This document shows, piece after piece, positions 19,973 through 28,856 of a stretch of 59,791 nucleotides of DNA (position 1 is its first letter; every line of letters begins with the position of its first letter). A program made the position numbers and the translations under genes. Below the pieces are notes generated by a model, which was not told the DNA's origin, did not search any database, and saw only the letters and a program-made list of their open reading frames with translations. Origin of the DNA: an uncultured Eubacteriales bacterium (GTDB lineage Bacteria; Bacillota; Thermincolia; Thermincolales; CAZWUW01). The stretch spans positions 1 to 59,791 of the forward strand of contig CAZWUW010000005.1 in assembly GCA_964636895.1 (NCBI GenBank), read 5' to 3'.

Positions 19973-22147
19973 TTTATACAAGATTTCAAAACGTCCGCCG
20001 GCCGGCAATGGAGTTGTCGCGGTATGCGTCTCACCTTTATACCATAGGACGGTACAGATCCGGTTAACTTTGGTAAAAGTCATACTAAAGTAATTTTTTG
20101 TCGTATCAGGTACAGGTGAAGACATTGTCCAGCCAAATTGGTTTAACTGCTCCTGGTAATATGCCGCTGCTGTAACAGTACTAATATCATTTCGCCTGCT
20201 GGAAATAACGATTTTGCCTCCCCCGGCGCTATACTCAACCGGCATCCATGTTTCACCACCCCAAATGGCGGCGGGTAAAGGCACTGTCCAGTCAAATCCG
20301 CTATGCAGCGGAATATCCAAAGGGATTTTTTCCACAAAATTAACATTGTGGGCCTGACCGTGACAAGCGCCACAGGAGGTGTTCAACGACTTGATGGCAT
20401 TTATAATTTCCGGACGGGTATTGCTGTGGCAGGTGGCACAATTATATTTACTTTGGGTAACAGGGTCCGTATATTTCTCATGTTCTCTGGTCAGGCTGCC
20501 GGCGTGACAGTCCCCACCGCAGGAATTGGCCACTGTATGTTTGCCGGCAATGTCGTGACCCTTGGTCCAGTTGGCAATGTAGCCGTCTCTGGCATGACAG
20601 GAGAAGCAGTCATTTTTCCTGAAATTAGTAATTACTTCAGCTCCATGTACTGAATGGCAACGGAGACAGGCGTTAGCATCACCGTCGTGACAGGATTGGC
20701 ACCTATCTACCCGGTGGGTTTTTATAGTATGGCAGCCCAGACATTCCTGCGAGGTCAAAGACCCCTGCATTTCGAGATTTGTCGTCACATAGAAAGACCA
20801 GTTGGCTTTTCCGGATACTCCATTGACATCATAGACCGTCATAGCCACGTTATGCATTATTTCATTTGTCAGATTGCTGCCCGGCATGTAGTAAACATTC
20901 CCGCTTGTGGTGCCGGTGGCGGTGTAGATGAAGGCAGGTATTTTTATGCCGTTGACAATTAGTTCAATTCTAGCCGGATCAATAGCCGCACTGGCGCTGA
21001 TATTGGCTGAAATACCAGGGCGCTGATTTGTCACATAGCTTTTCGGTGCCGGGGTCAGATTCATAATAAGCGGCGCGACCGCCTGGGCATCAATATTAAA
21101 AGTGGTATTGCTCGTGCTGCCGGTACCAAGCTTATCCTTAATGCTGATTTCCAGCGGATACGGGCCAAAACCCAGCCCATTGGCCTGATATGTAATCTTG
21201 CCTTTAGTCAGATCCTGCACCTGAACAACGTTCCCAGCACCATCAGATGCCCAAGTAGTATTAAAGGTAATGGTGGGCTGGACTACCTGAGCACCGATTT
21301 TCATGCTCAGTGAATTGGCGTCCAACTCGTCAGTATCGCTAACATTAACCTGAATCAGCGGATTGTTAACGGTTATTATGCTTCCGTCGGCCGGCGAGAG
21401 ATTGCTGAAAACCGGTGCCGTTACAGTGACGTTAAACCTCCAGGCCGCAATGACAACATGGCCTCCCATATCTTTGGCTTCCAGCGTGACATTATGACTG
21501 CCAGAGGTTAAGGGTATAGCAGGCGTATAGCTCACTTCACCGGTAGCACTGTTAAAGTTATGGGCAACCCTTGTACTGTTAACTGTCAAAATAATTGTAG
21601 CCGGATCGATGCTGCCATTGGGATCCTTAACAATTGCAGAAATCGTAGGACTATTTGTCAATACACCGCTATTGTCTGCCGGGGTTAAGTTTGCTATCAC
21701 CGGTGGCACCGCCACAGTAAATGACCATTGCGTAACAGACACATTATTTGCGTCATCATATACCTGAACCTGAACGGTTTGATTGCCGTCACTAAGATTA
21801 GCGGCCTGATATGAGATATCAGCCTCATTTTTATTAACTGCTTCCATTAATGCGCCAGTATCCGGGTCCATCACCCATGTTTTAGGTTGAGTCAAGTTGG
21901 CTGTTTTTATTTGGTTATTAAGATAAAACTTGAGACTGGCACCGTTAATGCCGTCAGTATCTGAGGCATGCACTTTTACTAACGGGTTAGCTGTTGTTAC
22001 AGTCGCTAAGTTAGCGGGACTTAGCGCCGAATAAGTCGGACCGGTAGTGGAAGCATTGGCTGGTACTCCAACTAACAGCATTAACAGGAGCACCAAACCA
22101 ATTAACATTACCCATTTCCTGCCTGCTTTATTCTGTTGTCTAATCAA
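19970..22147 (-). CDS. secreted multiheme cytochrome with four Ig-like repeats; 6 CxxCH + 1 CX3CH
   Basis: Signal peptide (ANA); four P.....L.PA....V....P.I repeats; CLGCH, CQSCH, CLRCH, CFSCH, CGGDCH, CATCH, CGACH. Confidence 0.85.
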   Translation of the reverse strand: MIRQQNKAGRKWVMLIGLVLLLMLLVGVPANASTTGPTYSALSPANLATVTTANPLVKVHASDTDGINGASLKFYLNNQIKTANLTQPKTWVMDPDTGALMEAVNKNEADISYQAANLSDGNQTVQVQVYDDANNVSVTQWSFTVAVPPVIANLTPADNSGVLTNSPTISAIVKDPNGSIDPATIILTVNSTRVAHNFNSATGEVSYTPAIPLTSGSHNVTLEAKDMGGHVVIAAWRFNVTVTAPVFSNLSPADGSIITVNNPLIQVNVSDTDELDANSLSMKIGAQVVQPTITFNTTWASDGAGNVVQVQDLTKGKITYQANGLGFGPYPLEISIKDKLGTGSTSNTTFNIDAQAVAPLIMNLTPAPKSYVTNQRPGISANISASAAIDPARIELIVNGIKIPAFIYTATGTTSGNVYYMPGSNLTNEIMHNVAMTVYDVNGVSGKANWSFYVTTNLEMQGSLTSQECLGCHTIKTHRVDRCQSCHDGDANACLRCHSVHGAEVITNFRKNDCFSCHARDGYIANWTKGHDIAGKHTVANSCGGDCHAGSLTREHEKYTDPVTQSKYNCATCHSNTRPEIINAIKSLNTSCGACHGQAHNVNFVEKIPLDIPLHSGFDWTVPLPAAIWGGETWMPVEYSAGGGKIVISSRRNDISTVTAAAYYQEQLNQFGWTMSSPVPDTTKNYFSMTFTKVNRICTVLWYKGETHTATTPLPAGGRFEILYK

Positions 22148-22432
22148 GTCTCCTCCCCCTTTCTGTACGTATTCTTAAATAATTCACCTCCCCTTTTGTG
22201 GTATTGGAAAAAATAACTTTTTTATATATTAAGTGTATTATATTTACTTTAAAAAATATGTTGAAACCTGTGTTTAAAATCCAAAAAAATTATCAGTAAA
22301 GAATTTACTTTATGTTTATTAAACCGACATATTTTGTATACATATTAAAATAAAATTAAGTACGGTGCCATTACGCACGCCACCAACAAAGCACATTTGG
22401 TTGTAGTTGCAGCGATCATCCCAGGAAATAAA

Positions 22433-22470
22433 AAAAGACCAGGTTGTCATCTAGACAGCCCGGTCTTTTC
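22433..22470 (-). terminator. intrinsic terminator after DUF3786 gene
   Basis: AAAAGACC.GG.TGTC/GACA.CC.GGTCTTTT hairpin. Confidence 0.7.
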
Positions 22471-22509
22471 ATATTAATTAGACCAATTAAGTCAATTATG
22501 AGAATTAGC

Positions 22510-23124
22510 TTATTTCGCCATTCCGGCCATTGCATAAACCACATTACTCGCCACCACCGCATAGTCTTCGGTAGGCAAATAGTTCGCGGCCGAAGCATCA
22601 AACAAAATATTACCGGTGGCCGGAAATTCATCGTCCGCCGCCCACAGCACATAAGTAATGGCCACTCTGGGCAATACCTGAATAGTTACACTGACATCCC
22701 CCAAAACCTGCTTAACTCCGCCCAGCTTTGCCGCAACTTGTAAAAAAAGCTCATGGTTTTGGCCAAAAACTTTTATCATCGGTTCAATCGCCCGCCGGTA
22801 AAAAGGGTCAATGTAAATAGCACCATCCGGCAGTTCTTTGAAAGAAATATACTTGTCCTGAACCGGTGCGCCGTTAGCAGTACAAAGGTAGTGCAGCAAC
22901 AGGGCCTGCTCCTTTAGCGGTACCTCACCCTCCTTCGCAGCATAACCGACAACAATCCCCGGATAAGTAACGGTGTAATCCTGACCCAAATATTTTAAGG
23001 TGATCACACCCAGGTCAGGATTCCAATGCGCTCCGCTGTTACGAGCCATTTCCGCCGGCTCTTTGGCTTTCATTTTGTTGCAGGCATATTCATAAGTAAC
23101 TTCCAGGTTATAATTCTTGGACAC
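22510..23124 (-). CDS. DUF3786 domain protein (paralog 2)
   Basis: LLLHYL, ISFKELPDG, LPRV, W.ADDEFP.TGNILFD...YLPTED. Confidence 0.85.
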   Translation of the reverse strand: MSKNYNLEVTYEYACNKMKAKEPAEMARNSGAHWNPDLGVITLKYLGQDYTVTYPGIVVGYAAKEGEVPLKEQALLLHYLCTANGAPVQDKYISFKELPDGAIYIDPFYRRAIEPMIKVFGQNHELFLQVAAKLGGVKQVLGDVSVTIQVLPRVAITYVLWAADDEFPATGNILFDASAANYLPTEDYAVVASNVVYAMAGMAK

Positions 23125-23305
23125 GGAACATCCCCCTTAACATGTTTTTCTCTAATCTTATTGTCCAGCCGAATCGTTTTTCCGTCACCTGCCCGGCTGA
23201 TCAAATCATGTCCCGTATATTATATCATATTATCAAAGCATAAGTATAAAAAAACATCAACAGGCGAAAAATGAAGATTGTAGAATAACGTCGGAGGTAC
23301 GATCA

Positions 23306-23683
23306 ATGAATTTGATGCTGCAAGCTGATTTGACAGTCTGGTTAAAGCTATTAGGCATTGGCCTGATTACAGGGCTTGTCAACGGTCTGCTGGGAATCGG
23401 CGGAGGCACTGTATTGATTCCCAGTATGGTGTTTTTGCTGAGCATCAGCCAGCACCAGGCCCACGGCACATCGCTGGCCGTTATTTTACCGACGGCCCTT
23501 GTCAGTGCTATAATATATGGCTTTAATGACGACTTAAATATAAAACTCTCTTTACAAGTAGCTTTGGGCGGCATCACCGGCGGCTATCTGGGTGCCAAGC
23601 TGATGAATCACATCCCGGCCCCTGCCCTGAAAAAATTCTTTGCTGTCTTTATGTTCCTGGCCGGCCTCAGGATGGCGTTATAA
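23306..23683 (+). CDS. sulfite exporter TauE/SafE family protein (half-size)
   Basis: GLLGIGGG, AHGTSL, G.LGA. Confidence 0.85.
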   Translation: MNLMLQADLTVWLKLLGIGLITGLVNGLLGIGGGTVLIPSMVFLLSISQHQAHGTSLAVILPTALVSAIIYGFNDDLNIKLSLQVALGGITGGYLGAKLMNHIPAPALKKFFAVFMFLAGLRMAL

Positions 23684-24042
23684 TGCTGGTCATGCTGATC
23701 GGTTTTTTTAGCGGTATATTAAGCGGGCTAGCCGTAGGCGGCGGAACATTATTAGTACCGGCCCTGATTTTTTTGCAGGATATCCCCCAGCACATTGCCC
23801 AGGGCGTCTCACTGGCTTCTTTTCTGCCAACGGCCACAGTTGCTGTAATCACCCATCAGCGCCAGGGCAATGTCCGGCCTAGACTGGCCCTGTTTTTGGC
23901 CGCTGGCGCAATAATCGGCGCTATTGGCGGTGCCATGTTGGCGGTTCAAATATCGGCGCCCATATTACAAAAAATTTTCGGCATGTTTTTAATGGCTATG
24001 GGTATCTGGGAATTTTGCGGCCAGCAAAAAAAGTGCCGCTAA
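23683..24042 (+). CDS. sulfite exporter TauE/SafE family protein (half-size)
   Basis: GLAVGGG, QH.AQG.SL; TAATG coupled to the previous gene. Confidence 0.85.
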   Translation: MLVMLIGFFSGILSGLAVGGGTLLVPALIFLQDIPQHIAQGVSLASFLPTATVAVITHQRQGNVRPRLALFLAAGAIIGAIGGAMLAVQISAPILQKIFGMFLMAMGIWEFCGQQKKCR

Positions 24043-24059
24043 CGGCCTATTCTCAAGCC

Positions 24060-24494
24060 CTAGCGGCACTTCGTACAATATCCAAAAAATTTTAGCTGGT
24101 GATCGACAACTTCAAAACCGCTGCGTTTGGCAATGGCCTCCTCCAATGAGTCCAGCAAGTCATCGGCAAACTCAGTAACCATGCCACAGCGGGTACAAAT
24201 CAAATGATGATGATGATGAATCTCATTTTGGGTAAACTCATACCGGCTGCGACCATCACCAAAATCCATACGCTGCAGCACTTCCATGTCTGCCAGTAAA
24301 TCCAGGGTCCGGTATACCGTAGCCAGACCAATGTCCGGATGTTTCTTTTTTAAAATTGAGTAAACATCCTCCGCACTTAAATGTTTTCCCTCATTATTCA
24401 TAAACACTTTGAGAATTTTTTGCCGCTGTGGCGTCAATTTGCATTCTTTGTCGTGGAATTTTTGGCGGATGTTATCCATCGTGTGCCGCATCAA
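24060..24494 (-). CDS. fur: ferric uptake regulator
   Basis: TPQR, HLSAEDVY, GLATVYRTL, HHHHLIC..CG, GYC..C. Confidence 0.9.
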   Translation of the reverse strand: MMRHTMDNIRQKFHDKECKLTPQRQKILKVFMNNEGKHLSAEDVYSILKKKHPDIGLATVYRTLDLLADMEVLQRMDFGDGRSRYEFTQNEIHHHHHLICTRCGMVTEFADDLLDSLEEAIAKRSGFEVVDHQLKFFGYCTKCR

Positions 24495-24523
24495 GCCACC
24501 ACCTTAAATATAACTTCCACCTA

Positions 24524-24553
24524 ATTATATTTGATTTGTGAAATTGTTGTCAA
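24524..24553 (-). promoter_or_regulatory. sigma-A promoter of fur
   Basis: TTGACA-N18-TATAAT. Confidence 0.7.
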
Positions 24554-24573
24554 TATCTACAACTCCTGCTTTT

Positions 24574-24765
24574 TCAACCGCATCCTGCTTTTTTAGCCGT
24601 ATCCCGCTTTTTTCCGCCACAACGCTTGCAGCCGCCGCTGCAGCCTGTTTTCAGCAGCAGGGTGAAACAACGCGGACAACGGATAGTTCGGGGGTCATAA
24701 ATACTATTTTGACACGTGGGGCAAAGCATAATTTTTTCCGTATTATCACAGCATTTATCCGGCAT
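24574..24765 (-). CDS. small Cys-rich protein downstream of feoB
   Basis: 63 aa, CC, CxxC, CxxC, CxxxCxxC; overlaps the feoB stop. Confidence 0.7.
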   Translation of the reverse strand: MPDKCCDNTEKIMLCPTCQNSIYDPRTIRCPRCFTLLLKTGCSGGCKRCGGKKRDTAKKAGCG

Positions 24766-26722
24766 AAGGCTTACCGCCGCCGGTCAGACTTTTGGTTGTG
24801 CCGGAAATTTTGGCAATCACCATAAGAAACACCAGCACACCAACAACTACGCCGAGAACGCCGGTTGCAGAACCCAGCAGATTATATAACTGATTTATTA
24901 TCCCACCAATCAGAAAAGCCAGCCCAAAGATAAGCGGCCACATAATCAGCGCCTCACGTCGCCCGCGCTCCTTAAAAATAATCAAGGTAGAGGCGATGCA
25001 CGGTACAAACAGAGTAATTGTAATTAATCCTACCACCACCTGAATACTGGTTAAATCCATCGAACTGAGGCCTGCCGCGCCAAAATCCCTGCGTACAAAG
25101 CCCATAATAAACACGGTGGCCGCTTCTTTAGGCAAACCCAACCATCCCGCAGTAAAGGGTTTCAGCAGGTTCTGCGCCCCCTGCAAAAGCCCGGTGACCT
25201 GTAAAATGCCGATTAACAGCGCACCGCCGGCAAATAACGGAGTTGCCTCCACCAGGAAGTTATAAGATTTTGTCATAGTTTTCTTTAAAACGTTTTCGAC
25301 GCGCGGCCAGCGTAAAGGCGGCAAATCAATGAGCAGATGGGTTGACTCACCCGGTAATATTTTGTTTAGCAATGTACCGGCCAACGCCAATACTGTAAAA
25401 ATTACTAAACCGTATAAAGCGAAATAAGTAGCGCTGACTTTGGTGAGCAGACCAGCAATAACCGCCATTTGGGCCGAACAAGGGATAGCCAGCCCCAGCA
25501 GAAATACCGCTATCCGCCGTTCCCGCACCGAACCCAGTAACCTGGTAACAATAGTAGCCAGGGTCACGCATCCGAAACCCAGAATCAATGGAATCACTGC
25601 CCTGCCGTTCAGGCCGATGCTTGACATAGCCCGGTCTGCCAGCGTGGCAATGCGCGGCAGGTAACCGGAATCCTCGAAAGCTGAAAGCGCAAGATAAAAA
25701 CCAATTACCAACGGCAGCAATAAACCTAAAATATATGTAACCGTCATCGTTAACACACCAAATTCGCCAATTAAAATTGTCCCCAGGGCAGTTTCTTCAG
25801 GAAAATAAGGATTCACCAATCCACGGATAAACGGCTCGTACTGGCCCTGCATAATGACCTCCTCAGTCAGGCCCACCACATCACCGGCAATAAAAACACC
25901 AATAAATTCATACATGGCAAATAAAAATAAAGCAAGGATGGGAATTCCCGTGACCGGCTGAATCATCCACCGGCCCAATTTGGTGCCAAAACTTGCACCC
26001 TGATTGCTTTCCGTAACCACGTGCCCCACAATATCATTTACCCTGGCCCGGCGCTGCAGATAAATCTCTTCCCGTTCATCGCCAGGTTGTATTCCGTGCC
26101 GCTCCGCAACTATCGGGTCACCCTCCAAAATTAACAGGGCTTCCGCCTGGCTGCCTACCCGGTCATACAGCAAGTGCAGCTTTTTATGCAGTACCGGGTC
26201 AATATGACCATGTCGGGCACTGCTTATTGCCTCCTGCAGTTCCTTGAGCCCCTTTTTTTGCACGGCCACCGTGGGCACTACCGGTACCCCCAGTAAATCA
26301 CTGAAAAGGTCAACATCTATTTTGCGGCCCTGTTTTTCGGCCTCATCCAGCATGTTAAGCGCCACCAGTACCGGTACGCCCGTATCAATAATCTGTTGGG
26401 TCAGAAACAGATCCCGCTCCAGGTGGACAGCATCAACAATATTAATTACCACGTCAGCACCCAGGATAATATCCCGGGCAATTTTCTCTTCGTCATTAAA
26501 TGATGAAATCCCATATACTCCTGGTGTGTCAATAACCACATCCTGACCGTACTTGCCGTAGGATATCTCTAGTGTAGTACCCGGATAGTTGGAAACATCA
26601 ACATATAATCCGGTCAGGGCGTTAAAAAAAACTGATTTACCCACATTTGGGTTGCCGGCCAATACTATTTTTTTAGCATCCGGCGGAATATTAAATTTTA
26701 TGCCTATGTCATGACAGTGCAT
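24755..26722 (-). CDS. feoB: ferrous iron transporter B
   Basis: GNPNVGKS, NYPGTT, DTPG, NMLD, EDSGYL.R, IPCSAQ; ATG 26722 after GGAGG. Confidence 0.95.
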   Translation of the reverse strand: MHCHDIGIKFNIPPDAKKIVLAGNPNVGKSVFFNALTGLYVDVSNYPGTTLEISYGKYGQDVVIDTPGVYGISSFNDEEKIARDIILGADVVINIVDAVHLERDLFLTQQIIDTGVPVLVALNMLDEAEKQGRKIDVDLFSDLLGVPVVPTVAVQKKGLKELQEAISSARHGHIDPVLHKKLHLLYDRVGSQAEALLILEGDPIVAERHGIQPGDEREEIYLQRRARVNDIVGHVVTESNQGASFGTKLGRWMIQPVTGIPILALFLFAMYEFIGVFIAGDVVGLTEEVIMQGQYEPFIRGLVNPYFPEETALGTILIGEFGVLTMTVTYILGLLLPLVIGFYLALSAFEDSGYLPRIATLADRAMSSIGLNGRAVIPLILGFGCVTLATIVTRLLGSVRERRIAVFLLGLAIPCSAQMAVIAGLLTKVSATYFALYGLVIFTVLALAGTLLNKILPGESTHLLIDLPPLRWPRVENVLKKTMTKSYNFLVEATPLFAGGALLIGILQVTGLLQGAQNLLKPFTAGWLGLPKEAATVFIMGFVRRDFGAAGLSSMDLTSIQVVVGLITITLFVPCIASTLIIFKERGRREALIMWPLIFGLAFLIGGIINQLYNLLGSATGVLGVVVGVLVFLMVIAKISGTTKSLTGGGKPYAG

Positions 26723-26773
26723 ACGCTCTGCCTCCGTTCCTTTTGAGCTAATAAATACATTCACAAACTGCCG

Positions 26774-26995
26774 CTAACTAACCAGTTCCACTTTTATCCG
26801 GCTGGCCAAACCTCTGCCAACGGCAATCTCCTGGTTGTTTTTGCGCAATACTACCGGACCGGCCGGTAAAATTTCCTCACAACATACAATTTCACCTTCC
26901 GCTATGCCGAACCTAATGGCCTGCGCTCTAACCATACTGTCGGCGATGGATAATATTTTGATAGTCTGCCCGCGACGGCAATTATTAAGAAACAT
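26774..26995 (-). CDS. feoA: ferrous iron transport protein A
   Basis: RFGI.EG, GPVV, IAVGRGLA; directly upstream of feoB. Confidence 0.9.
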   Translation of the reverse strand: MFLNNCRRGQTIKILSIADSMVRAQAIRFGIAEGEIVCCEEILPAGPVVLRKNNQEIAVGRGLASRIKVELVS

Positions 26996-27014
26996 ATGTA
27001 ATCCCTCCTCCTAG

Positions 27015-27066
27015 AATGATAATCATTTTCATTCGCTTTGTAATAAAAATTGAGAATGGTTCTCAT
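27015..27066. promoter_or_regulatory. two Fur boxes in the feoA leader
   Basis: AATGATAATCATTTTCATT (27015-27033) and TGAGAATGGTTCTCA (27051-27065). Confidence 0.8.
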
Positions 27067-27072
27067 GTTATT

Positions 27073-27101
27073 ATTTTACTCTTTAATCTTTTTCATGTCA
27101 A
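27073..27101 (-). promoter_or_regulatory. sigma-A promoter of feoAB
   Basis: TTGACA-N17-TAAAAT. Confidence 0.75.
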
Positions 27102-27143
27102 TACCCTACATGCGGATAACAAAAAAAAATTCCCTGCAGGGAA

Positions 27144-27311
27144 TCAGGTTTTATGCGTAATTGTTTTCATATATTTTACAATCAGCTCATCAAGCCTACA
27201 ACTGGCGCGGTATACTTCCGGATCGGAAAAAGGATTTTTCTTAGCCTGGGCAATGCTAATCATTTTTTCCCGGCTTAATAGAATATGATGTGCCAGTATC
27301 TTTTCCTCCAC
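27144..27311 (-). CDS. Spo0E-like aspartyl-phosphate phosphatase, 55 aa
   Basis: GTG after AGGGGGG; SREKM...DPEV..ASCRLDELIVKY resembles the SQELD.LI..Y signature; not in ORF track. Confidence 0.7.
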   Translation of the reverse strand: MEEKILAHHILLSREKMISIAQAKKNPFSDPEVYRASCRLDELIVKYMKTITHKT

Positions 27312-27446
27312 AGTGTTCCCCCCCTAGGCAGAGGTTTTGTTTTAGTCGCGCCACCTCTTTTTGGATTTATTAATATATACAGCAAAATGCATATTTTTAT
27401 TCGATAAAATAAACCGATGTTCTGACTGCATTTGTCGAATTACCTA

Positions 27447-28850
27447 CTATAAAATCTTACCTGCTACCCACTCTAACTGCGAGAGATTTCGACACTCAAA
27501 AACCTGATGGCAGAATTGACCGTAAATATGCAAAATACTATCCTCCCGCTCCCATTTCTCCGGCGGTTCCGGATTCAGCCAAATGATTTTTTTAACCAGC
27601 CCGCTGATTCTGGCCAAATAATCGGCATGGTCTCGGTGGTAATTGTTACGGGCGTCGCCAAGAATTATCAGCGTGGTTTTTTTGTTTAATATATTTCCGT
27701 GTTTTTCAAAGAAATCAATAAAAGCATCACCATAATTAGAAAAACCGGTTTTTGAAAAAAAGGCCTGATTATACATTTCACAAATGGCCTCAGCAACTTC
27801 ACGGTTACGAAAGTACGCAGTTACTTCATCAACTGTGTCTACAAATACAAAAGACCGCACATGGACAAAGCGGGACTGGATGGAGTAGACTAATTGCAGC
27901 ATAAACTCACTGAAAAGCCGGACCGAGCCGGAAATATCACAAAGCACTACAAGCTCTGGTTTGCTTGGCTTACGGTCCTTAAATGCCGGTTTAACAGGCA
28001 CCCCGCCGGTAGCCATGGATTTACGAATAGTACCTTGTAAATCAATTCTTCCCCTTTTGGCCCGCTTTTCCCGAAAAGATGCCCTGGACGCCAGCCGGTG
28101 CGCAAACTTACTGATTTTTTTCCGCATTTCAGCCACCTGAGGTTTGGCTAGCTGATAAAAAGCCAGTTGGTTAAGATTTTCCCTGGTCAGCAAAATACCT
28201 AACGCCCGCTCTCCAAAGGTGGCCAGTAAAGACTTTTCCACTTCCCGTTGCAGCCGTTCTTCCATATCAGCTAACCGGGACTGCCATTTCAGCCATGTTT
28301 CCTCGTCAACCTGGTCAAACATAAGTTCCAAGCGGTTGACCCCCATGTGCCATTCCAGAAAAATCTTCACCTGTTTTATAGTCTCCGTCATATCCAGGTG
28401 TTTTTCTTCCAACGGACCAAGCCTGGCTACAGCCTCACTGACCGCCTGAGCCATCATTTCCGGATTACCCAGTTTAATAATTTGCACCAGCCGGTCACCG
28501 GTAGGTATACCAGCTCGCATGTTACTCTGCCCCAACCCGGTGGATTTATCACCATTGCCCGGCATATTGTCACCGCAACAAGCCGGCTTTGCTTCCTGCA
28601 AATCTGCTTGTCCCGTTACTGTTAGCTTGTGACCGTAATAATCAGGGGCAAAAAAATATTCGAAAAGCTTTGCAAAAACCCTGTAATCTGCCTGGTCTTT
28701 TACCAGCGTGGCCAACAAGGTATGATAAAAAGTGTCCCGGTCCATGTTTAAACACTGCAGGCCCCGTAAACAGTCCAGCACTTCGGAGATTGATGTTTTT
28801 ACCCCGGCTTGCCGGAGCAAGCGGGCAAATTCAAGAATTTTTTCTTCCAT
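27447..28850 (-). CDS. VWA domain protein, CoxE-like
   Basis: F...LR.AG N-terminus, DISGSV MIDAS, GDARNN, WLNPE, ECRNL.QL. Confidence 0.9.
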   Translation of the reverse strand: MEEKILEFARLLRQAGVKTSISEVLDCLRGLQCLNMDRDTFYHTLLATLVKDQADYRVFAKLFEYFFAPDYYGHKLTVTGQADLQEAKPACCGDNMPGNGDKSTGLGQSNMRAGIPTGDRLVQIIKLGNPEMMAQAVSEAVARLGPLEEKHLDMTETIKQVKIFLEWHMGVNRLELMFDQVDEETWLKWQSRLADMEERLQREVEKSLLATFGERALGILLTRENLNQLAFYQLAKPQVAEMRKKISKFAHRLASRASFREKRAKRGRIDLQGTIRKSMATGGVPVKPAFKDRKPSKPELVVLCDISGSVRLFSEFMLQLVYSIQSRFVHVRSFVFVDTVDEVTAYFRNREVAEAICEMYNQAFFSKTGFSNYGDAFIDFFEKHGNILNKKTTLIILGDARNNYHRDHADYLARISGLVKKIIWLNPEPPEKWEREDSILHIYGQFCHQVFECRNLSQLEWVAGKIL

Positions 28851-28856
28851 CTGCTG

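Noticed and set aside
23306-24042. TauE pair as a broken single gene
   Set aside because: Each half has its own start and they are coupled by a TAATG overlap; half-size TauE genes are known
24550-24576. TGA after ...AGCG in the feo Cys-rich gene as selenocysteine
   Set aside because: No hairpin downstream; the following sequence is the AT-rich fur promoter and another TGA comes 8 codons later
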